A program made the position numbers and the translations under genes. The notes beneath the pieces were generated by a model. It was not told the DNA's origin, made no database searches, and worked only from the letters and a program-made list of their open reading frames with translations. From Cetorhinus maximus (taxonomy: Eukaryota): a stretch of DNA of 64,000 nucleotides. Shown one piece after another: positions 63,241-64,000 of this stretch. Location of the stretch: positions 97,092,001 to 97,156,000 of the forward strand of contig NC_135890.1 of assembly GCF_964194155.1 (NCBI RefSeq). Direction: 5' to 3'. Every line of letters begins with the position of its first letter. Within the stretch, counting starts at the first letter, position 1.

Positions 63241-64000
63241 GTTGTGCGTGTGTGTCTTTTAAATATAGGCTAGTGTGGAAAAGAGAAGCTGTGCTGATGA
63301 TTTTGAGAATATTTAATTGCACCTAATGGAAATTTTTCCCCACTGGGGATTCAGTTTTCATTTGTCCTTTATCATTTATCCTTTGCTGCGATAGAACTGT
63401 GCAAGTACTTTGCTTGGTTAGAGGACATTAGGTTATTGGTGTTCAGTATTGCGTATGTGATGAGAATAATATGTAGTTAGTAATTGAAATGTGATGGTGA
63501 GTGGGAGGGGAAGGGAAGAGGGAAAAAAGATACCAAGCTTGAGATTTGAAGGATAATCATGAGCATGAAAATAAATGACTACTTAAATTAGTTAATTAGT
63601 TGCATTTGTTTTATTCTCTTTTCTGCGCCCCATATTATATCTTACATTTTTCAAAATTGATCCGAGCTATAATCCCTGAACTACATAAATCAAAGAATGA
63701 CTTGGCACACAATTATTGAGTTATTTTGAAGAACTGGAAATTTAAACTCTTACCTGGTATCTCAAGTCATTGTCAGCTTGAGAAGGAGCAGCCTGTGTTG
63801 CTGGCATGAATGCTAATGCAGCAGTAGAAAAATATAATCAAAAGAATTGTAACTTTTAGAATAGGAATATCAATTACTCTAAGTGATCACAAATTCAGAG
63901 TAGATATAAATTTAAGTACCTGTCTTTGTGAAGTACTTGAAGAATGTTGAATTGATATTGATAAGCTTCATCTTTAAGGATTTAGATGAATTGAGTCTAA

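Overview
Vertebrate genomic DNA, very probably a shark or other elasmobranch (inferred from the repeat landscape: Deu-domain SINEs, CR1, Penelope, Harbinger). The only host gene I can support is the 5' part of the SERCA2 Ca2+-ATPase gene ATP2A2 on the + strand. It has a TATA/CCAAT/ERSE promoter at about 39.2-39.36 kb, a ~520-nt leader and coding exons 1-5 (118, 18, 83, 105 and 139 nt, all GT-AG, one continuous frame); the gene continues past the window end. The ~39 kb upstream holds no recognisable host exons and is a stack of decayed, often nested transposons: a POGK-like pogo element carrying a Tigger-type MITE, two Harbinger elements (transposase plus Myb/SANT gene) with related MITEs, a Gypsy LTR element inserted in a DeuSINE and itself hit by CR1s, and CR1/L2 LINE pieces. 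The introns add Tx1- and RTE-like LINE pieces, a hAT MITE, a ~2.3-kb homogeneous 20-bp CpG minisatellite and assembly gaps. The most unusual signal is a family of short Penelope-derived insertions carrying minimal hammerhead-ribozyme motifs. Several form head-to-head palindromes bounded by 13-15-bp target-site duplications, and one longer copy keeps the GIY-YIG endonuclease remnant that identifies the family. All family assignments come from motif recognition by eye, not database searches.
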